Assembly (NCBI GenBank): GCA_963681965.1
Contig: OY820579.1
Location: forward strand, 2,496,001 to 2,560,000
Length of the DNA: 64,000 nt
Direction of reading: 5' to 3'
From: a bacterium
GTDB lineage: Bacteria > Electryoneota > JAOADG01
The position numbers and the translations under genes are program-made. The notes below the pieces were generated by a model. It was given only the letters and a program-made list of their open reading frames with translations. It was not told the DNA's origin and did no database searches. Positions within the stretch are counted from its first letter, which is position 1. Each line of letters opens with the position of its first letter. This document shows, one piece after another, positions 58,462-64,000 of this stretch.

Positions 58462-59175
58462 ATGAATCAGCAACCACAACGCAAGAAGCAAGTCGGCGAC
58501 TGGGTCGTCGTCACAGGCGGACAAAATCGCGGTATTGCCGGTGAAATAACCGTGATCAACCATCCTCGAATAACAGTTACCACTGCAGATGGAAATGAGA
58601 TCCATACCACCAGTGGATGGTTGGAATTTGCTAAGCGACCCGCAAAAAGAAAAGTGGAAGTGTCGTCGTTAGATGCACCAGTACCTGCGAGCGAACCAAT
58701 CGATTTATCTCGTGTCGCATTTGTTCACAGTGTAACTACCATCGAGTCGGAACCACCAGTTATTGAGCCGTTTGAAACTGTGGAAACGACACTGTCCGAA
58801 GTGGAACCCTCTCTCATCCCGGTGCCTGAGCCGGACGTCTCTTCCATTGCCGAGCCCGTATCTGTGCCACCGGAGTTAGTTACCGAGCAATCATCCGAAC
58901 CAGCACCGGAAAATGCCACTGTAGCCATCGTGGCTACGAACCCCTACAGCGAAATGACGGTCGTGCAACTGCAGTTGCTCGCCAAAGAGCGCGGCATCAG
59001 TATTGCCCGAACCAAGAGCGACTTCGTTCGGATTCTTACTGCTCAAGTTCCGGATATCGATGTCACTACGCTGAAAGGTCCCGAGCTATACAACAAGGTC
59101 GCAGAGCACCATATCTCTAGGCTCCGCTCCAAACACGATTTGGTTGATTTGCTGTCGCAAGGGGTTAGCCAATGA
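58462..59175 (+). CDS. KOW/SH3-like N-terminus, Pro/Glu-rich linker and tandem Rho-N/HeH-like domain shared with the MuF protein
   Basis: VGDWVVVTGGQNRGIAGEI; C-terminal IARTKSDF..LRSKHDLVDLL. Confidence 0.75.
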   Translation: MNQQPQRKKQVGDWVVVTGGQNRGIAGEITVINHPRITVTTADGNEIHTTSGWLEFAKRPAKRKVEVSSLDAPVPASEPIDLSRVAFVHSVTTIESEPPVIEPFETVETTLSEVEPSLIPVPEPDVSSIAEPVSVPPELVTEQSSEPAPENATVAIVATNPYSEMTVVQLQLLAKERGISIARTKSDFVRILTAQVPDIDVTTLKGPELYNKVAEHHISRLRSKHDLVDLLSQGVSQ

Positions 59176-60755
59176 TCCAACGCTTTGAAAATCTGAGTGC
59201 AACAGGTACGCCGCCGCTTCATGCAGTGGCGTATCTGCGCAAGTCGACGCGGGAGATGCAAGAAAACTCTATCTACAACCAACAGCTCGCGATTGACAAG
59301 TTTGCACAACACCACAATATCAAGATCGTAAAATACTTCATCGATGATGGCATCTCCGGTCTCACCATGCAGAAACGGGATGCCTTCAAGGAACTCATTA
59401 ACGATTACGTCGTTGGTGGTAAAGATCATTTTAGCATCATCCTGGTGCTGGATGTAACTCGCTGGGGTCGCTTCCAGGACATTGACGAATCAGCGCACCT
59501 GGAATTTCTTTGTCGGAAGCATGGCAAGGAAATCATCTATGTGACTGAGGAATTCAAGAACGATAATTCGATCATGGATTCACTGATCAAGGCGCTGAAA
59601 CGAGCAATGGCTGCTGAGTATTCCAAGAATTTGAGCGACAAGGTCCTTGCCGGTTCACTTACCATAGCAAAGCAGGGATTCCGAGTCGGTGCGCCTGCTC
59701 CCTACGGATATGAACGAATGCGCCTCGACCAGCAACGTAATCCCGTTGGAATTCTTCGCGATGGTGAACGAAAAGCGATTGCCAATGAACGTGTTACCCT
59801 TGTACCCGGTTCACCGGAAGAGACTGAAACCATTCGCCACATATTTTCCGCATTTACTGAACGTGGTCTGCGTGAAGGTAAAATTGCGGTTGAATTGAAT
59901 GAACGAAAAGTTCCCTCACCGGGTGGAGGTGAGTGGTCGGAAAATACGATCAGGGTGCTACTGCGCGATGAAACGTACACCGGTACTCTGCGGTACAATC
60001 GTACATCGTCGCGACTGCATGGACCTACGAAGAAAAATCCGCGTGACCGGTGGGTACTGGTTCCGCAGGCATTCGAAGCGATTGTCTCTCCGGATACCTT
60101 CGTGCAAGCCCAACAGATATTTCAAGAGCGACATCCAGTTTGGAATGATCAGGATATTATTCTCCGTTTACAGGAGCTGTTTCAGAAGCATGGAAAGCTG
60201 ACTGGATTGATCATTGAATCAACACCGGAGATGCCTTCTACCACCATCCTGAAAAAGCGATTCGGTTCGTTGTTCAATGCCTACAAATTGGTCGGGTATG
60301 TACCACCCTATGATATCCGATTCTTCGAATTGAAGGACATGGTAAAATCCATCGAAGAAAAATTGTGGCAAGATGTACTTGCAGCACTTAACGAGATGGG
60401 ACTCACCGTAGTTGATCATGGCACTCACCTTTGTCTCAATGAACAGCTCAACATTCAACTCATGGCTTCCAGTATCCGTAATAACAATGGGAAGAAACGC
60501 TGGGCATACCGCTTCGACCATCAGGTTGATATTGATCTGACTCTTGCTGTACGCCTTGCTGATGACGAAGGAAACATTCTTGATTTCTACTGTTTCCCAA
60601 CTATCGCAATGGAGACGGAAAAATTATTTGTCTCGTGGTCAAACGGAATCTACATCGATGCGTTTCGGTTCGATACCCTGATCGATGTGTACGATTTGTT
60701 TGGTGACACTGACCGTATTAGAAAGGAGGAACCAACGTATGAAAACCGTTCGTAA
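59172..60755 (+). CDS. Second large serine recombinase
   Basis: AVAYLRKST, DDGISG, DVTRWGRFQD, MAAEYSKNLS, APYGYER. Confidence 0.93.
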   Translation: MIQRFENLSATGTPPLHAVAYLRKSTREMQENSIYNQQLAIDKFAQHHNIKIVKYFIDDGISGLTMQKRDAFKELINDYVVGGKDHFSIILVLDVTRWGRFQDIDESAHLEFLCRKHGKEIIYVTEEFKNDNSIMDSLIKALKRAMAAEYSKNLSDKVLAGSLTIAKQGFRVGAPAPYGYERMRLDQQRNPVGILRDGERKAIANERVTLVPGSPEETETIRHIFSAFTERGLREGKIAVELNERKVPSPGGGEWSENTIRVLLRDETYTGTLRYNRTSSRLHGPTKKNPRDRWVLVPQAFEAIVSPDTFVQAQQIFQERHPVWNDQDIILRLQELFQKHGKLTGLIIESTPEMPSTTILKKRFGSLFNAYKLVGYVPPYDIRFFELKDMVKSIEEKLWQDVLAALNEMGLTVVDHGTHLCLNEQLNIQLMASSIRNNNGKKRWAYRFDHQVDIDLTLAVRLADDEGNILDFYCFPTIAMETEKLFVSWSNGIYIDAFRFDTLIDVYDLFGDTDRIRKEEPTYENRS

Positions 60756-61638
60756 TGTCGTTGAAATCAAGATCGACAGAATCAAAATCATCAATCCACG
60801 CGAGCGCGATCCGGCGAAGTTTGCAGAAAATGTCGCCAGTATTCAGCGCCTCGGTTTGAAACGTCCGATTGTCGTCAATTCCCGCTTCATCAAGGAGCAT
60901 GGTAAGTACGAGTTGGTTTGTGGTCAAGGGCGCATTGAAGCATTCCAGAAATTGAAACGTGACACTATTCCAGCATTAACCGTAGATGTCGACCGCGAGA
61001 CCGCACTCATCATGTCCATCGCGGAGAATGCTACCCGGAGCATGCCACCACCCATCTGGTTCGCACAAGTAGTCAAAGGGCTCGTAGAAAGTGGAATGTC
61101 GATTGATAACATTGCTGTTATTGTTGATCGGAGTCCGGTTGTGGTTAGAGACTACTTGACCTTGATTGAGCATGGTGACCGGCGACTAATTAATGCCGTA
61201 GAACAACAACGGATAGCCGTTCGAGCTGCGATAGCAATCTCACGAGAGCCTAATGGGGAGTTGCAACAACTTCTGGCGAAAGGAATCGAGAGTGGTTTGT
61301 TTGACGCAAATGAGATTTCTGCTGTGCGAAAAATTATCCAGAACCGGATGCGTTTTCTACAAGCCAACCAGGCAAAGAAGGAAAGTAAGAATTCCGGGAG
61401 ATTGGAGCTTTCAATAGAGGCACTGCGAAAGGAAATCAAGCGGAAACTCGACAAATGGGATGACTTCATTCGCAGGTCTCGTCGTAACGAGAATCAAATA
61501 ACAATCCTCAGCGATTCCTGTACCCGGTTGTTTGAAGATTCCGACTGGTTAGAAGTGATCGAAGCACAGAAACTTACGGAATTTCCAAAGTTGCGTGGCG
61601 ACGATTTGAGTGTACTCTTCCCAACAATGAAAAAGTGA
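60739..61638 (+). CDS. ParB/RepB-like N-terminal domain protein 1
   Basis: NPRER..SIQRLGLKRPIVV..LVCGQGRIEA..ENATR. Confidence 0.85.
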   Translation: MKTVRNVVEIKIDRIKIINPRERDPAKFAENVASIQRLGLKRPIVVNSRFIKEHGKYELVCGQGRIEAFQKLKRDTIPALTVDVDRETALIMSIAENATRSMPPPIWFAQVVKGLVESGMSIDNIAVIVDRSPVVVRDYLTLIEHGDRRLINAVEQQRIAVRAAIAISREPNGELQQLLAKGIESGLFDANEISAVRKIIQNRMRFLQANQAKKESKNSGRLELSIEALRKEIKRKLDKWDDFIRRSRRNENQITILSDSCTRLFEDSDWLEVIEAQKLTEFPKLRGDDLSVLFPTMKK

Positions 61639-61645
61639 GGTTATT

Positions 61646-62506
61646 ATGCGCAAGCATGCTTTCGAAACGAACACAGTATTACTTCCGGTCTGCGACCTGA
61701 ATGCGATGTTCACACGTAACACCAAAAGCTCAAAAACGATGCTCTACCAGCGCATCCTATCATCAATCCGTGAAGTCGGACTCATTGAACCACTCGTCGT
61801 TGTGGAAAAAGAGGGTCGGTACTTCATCAAGGATGGATACTTGCGGTATAAGGCACTGCAGGAGCTGAACATCGATTACGCGGAGTGTTTGATTAGCTCC
61901 GATGATGACGTGTACACCTACAACAAGCGTGTTAATCCCCTCTCAGCCTCCGAGGCACATACCATGATCAATAAGGCGATTACCGAAGGGGTTAGTATCG
62001 ACAAAATTGCGAAGACATTAAATGTGGAAAAGCAGTGGGTTCGCCAAATGGATAATCTACTGGTCGGAATTGCACCTTCTCTGGTTGGTGTACTGAAACA
62101 GCACAATGTTTCGAAATCCATCTACGAAGAGCTGAAAAAGGTAACCCAGGCTCGTCAAATCGAGATCGTGGAATTCCTCCGGACTACCAATGACTTTTCC
62201 CTGCGGTACACTCGGATGCTGGTAGGTGCCACGCCGAAAGAGCAATGGGTCGAATCCAAGCTGCCAAAGAAATCCATCGACGAGGAAATCAAGCGTGAAC
62301 TTGCCGGGAAACTCTACAAGATGGAAGAGTCCTTCAAAAAGGCAACCGACACCTTTCGGGACAATGTGTTCAATCTGGTTATGCTGTCCGGGTATCTACG
62401 TCAAGTGATCAGCAACCCAACTGCAAAGGGGTTCCTTGACCAGAATTACCCTGATATCCTGGTTACGTTCGAGAAGATTGTCAAAGACCCAAGTCTGGAT
62501 GTGTGA
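61646..62506 (+). CDS. ParB/RepB-like protein 2
   Basis: SIREVGLIEPLVV..DGYLR..YTYNKRVN. Confidence 0.85.
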   Translation: MRKHAFETNTVLLPVCDLNAMFTRNTKSSKTMLYQRILSSIREVGLIEPLVVVEKEGRYFIKDGYLRYKALQELNIDYAECLISSDDDVYTYNKRVNPLSASEAHTMINKAITEGVSIDKIAKTLNVEKQWVRQMDNLLVGIAPSLVGVLKQHNVSKSIYEELKKVTQARQIEIVEFLRTTNDFSLRYTRMLVGATPKEQWVESKLPKKSIDEEIKRELAGKLYKMEESFKKATDTFRDNVFNLVMLSGYLRQVISNPTAKGFLDQNYPDILVTFEKIVKDPSLDV

Positions 62507-62556
62507 GCCACTAACTTATGAAATAACAAGATGTAACGTATCTTTAAGTAGCTATA

Positions 62557-62585
62557 TTGACATTGACTGTCTATTATGTTACTTT
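62557..62585 (+). promoter_or_regulatory. Sigma70-type promoter
   Basis: TTGACA-17 bp-TACTTT with extended TG. Confidence 0.5.
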
Positions 62586-62605
62586 GCGGTACGGAGGAAA
62601 TTATC

Positions 62606-63757
62606 ATGGCAACTCTCCAGCTATCATCCAATCTAAAACGCATCCGACACCATTGTAAACTCACTCAACCTGAGGTAGCGGAGAAAGCTGGTCTTTCTCT
62701 TGCTGCGTACCGCAAGATTGAATCAGGCGTTTCGGAACCGCGTGTAAACAGCTTACAAGCTATCGCGAAAGCGCTGAGTACTAATATACCGGAGCTTCTG
62801 CTGCCAGTGCAGCAGTTGAGTGCGGTACGATTCCGGTCGAGTAAAAAACTAAGGAGCCGCGAGCAGATTCTCGCACAAGTCGGAACTTGGAGTTCGAACT
62901 ACCATTTACTGGAAAAGCTACTTCACGATTATAGTAAATCAAAGTTACCAGCCACTTCTAAGTCTTCACGTCGGTCAACTTCCTCGGTTGAAGAGCTAGC
63001 GATGTCGATCAGATCTGCTTTCGGTATAAGGGGCGACGAACCGATACAAGATATCTGCGGTTTGATAGAAAAAAATGGCATCAAAATCGGAACCTTACGT
63101 ATTGCTTCACCTGAATTCTTTGGATTGTCGATTTCCGCTCGCGACGGTGGACCTGCAGTGGTAGTAAATACTTGGGAAAGAATCTCGGTTGAACGCTGGA
63201 TATTTACCACTGCTCACGAGCTTGGGCACTTAGTAATGCATGACTCAGATTACGATGCTGAACAGAAAGACGAAGAGGCAAGGCACGAGCAAGAGGCTAA
63301 TCAATTCGCATCTTACTTTCTGATGCCGCGAGATGCTTTTCTGAAAGAATGGGATGAACCATACGGGTTAGCTTTTCTTGACCGTGTGTTGAAAGTTAAG
63401 CGTCTATTCAAAGTCAGTTACAAAACGATTCTCTATCGTCTGGTAGAGGAGAAAAAAGCAGATTCTGATGTTTGGGCTAGCTTTCACTTTGAATTCAAAC
63501 GGAAATATGGTCGTTCTCTCCTACATCACGTTGAGCCTAATGCGATATCACAGGATGCGTTTCGTTCTAATCAACCAGCAGTACTCGCAGCCGATGAACC
63601 GGAAGGAGTTTCTAAGTATGAATTTCCAGGTGATCGTTACTCCCGTCTTGTTCGAAAAGCAGTGGAAGAAAGTCACATTTCACTTAGCCGAGCAGCTGAG
63701 ATGATTGGTTGTTCGTTATCAGAAATGAGACAACGTGCTGCTACGTGGGTAGCATAA
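62606..63757 (+). CDS. XRE HTH + ImmA/IrrE metallopeptidase
   Basis: N-terminal XRE HTH; FTTAHELGH; EQEANQFASYFLMP. Confidence 0.92.
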   Translation: MATLQLSSNLKRIRHHCKLTQPEVAEKAGLSLAAYRKIESGVSEPRVNSLQAIAKALSTNIPELLLPVQQLSAVRFRSSKKLRSREQILAQVGTWSSNYHLLEKLLHDYSKSKLPATSKSSRRSTSSVEELAMSIRSAFGIRGDEPIQDICGLIEKNGIKIGTLRIASPEFFGLSISARDGGPAVVVNTWERISVERWIFTTAHELGHLVMHDSDYDAEQKDEEARHEQEANQFASYFLMPRDAFLKEWDEPYGLAFLDRVLKVKRLFKVSYKTILYRLVEEKKADSDVWASFHFEFKRKYGRSLLHHVEPNAISQDAFRSNQPAVLAADEPEGVSKYEFPGDRYSRLVRKAVEESHISLSRAAEMIGCSLSEMRQRAATWVA

Positions 63758-63758
63758 A

Positions 63759-64000
63759 ATGAAAACGCCCCCACATCGACTACTTTTAATGGACGCGAAT
63801 GTACTGATCGACTTTGTCAAATCCGATGCTTCTATGCTTCCCGTTTTTTCTGATACTCAGACCAGTTGGATACCGCCGACTTCCCACCACGGTTGCACCT
63901 GTCGCAATTCCTCTACCCATCCAAGCTACTATCGATTCTACGTTTCAGTGCCACCTGAACGCAACCTGTCGCGAACTCGACGAGCGTCAGGCTCCAGTTG
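63759..64000 (+). pseudogene. PIN-domain gene start, apparently interrupted after ~30 codons (frame runs off the window)
   Basis: LLMDANVLIDF PIN motif; sequence after ~63850 no longer looks PIN-like. Confidence 0.45.

Larger units (their letters stand above)
2560..63850 (+). mobile_element. Temperate myovirus-like prophage / integrative element (boundaries approximate)
   Basis: Integrase, replication, packaging, head, contractile tail and lysis genes in order; composition shift at ~2.5 kb; att sites not identified. Confidence 0.88.

Overview
Almost the whole window (~2.56-63.85 kb) is one apparently intact temperate myovirus-like prophage, almost entirely on the + strand. It has a DUF2924 + large serine recombinase module, its own sigma-70/ECF-like factor and a recombination/replication module (PD-(D/E)XK nuclease, AAA_24/Sak4-like ATPase, DUF669 SSB, ERCC4 nuclease, RecD2, AEP primase-helicase, iterated origin-like region). 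Terminase, portal, HK97-type head, contractile tail/baseplate and lysis genes follow, then an amidoligase-GGCT operon, a second serine recombinase with two ParB/RepB-like genes, and an XRE-ImmA gene. An AT-rich AAA ATPase-PIN-RNA ligase operon lies at the left edge. Most unusual: (1) a 1437-aa MuF head protein carrying Rho-N/HeH-like repeats, a HipA/CtkA-like kinase and a putative ADP-ribosyltransferase-like C-terminus, followed by two candidate immunity genes; (2) a separate protein 33 kb away that shares the MuF internal helical module; (3) an N6-adenine methyltransferase fused to the prohead protease/scaffold; (4) CBM4/9-like domains split twice across consecutive tail-fibre genes; (5) several structured cis-regulatory leaders and a 23-bp exact repeat. 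All family assignments come from motif recognition by eye; no database searches were run. No tRNA, rRNA or CRISPR array was seen, and the att sites were not identified.
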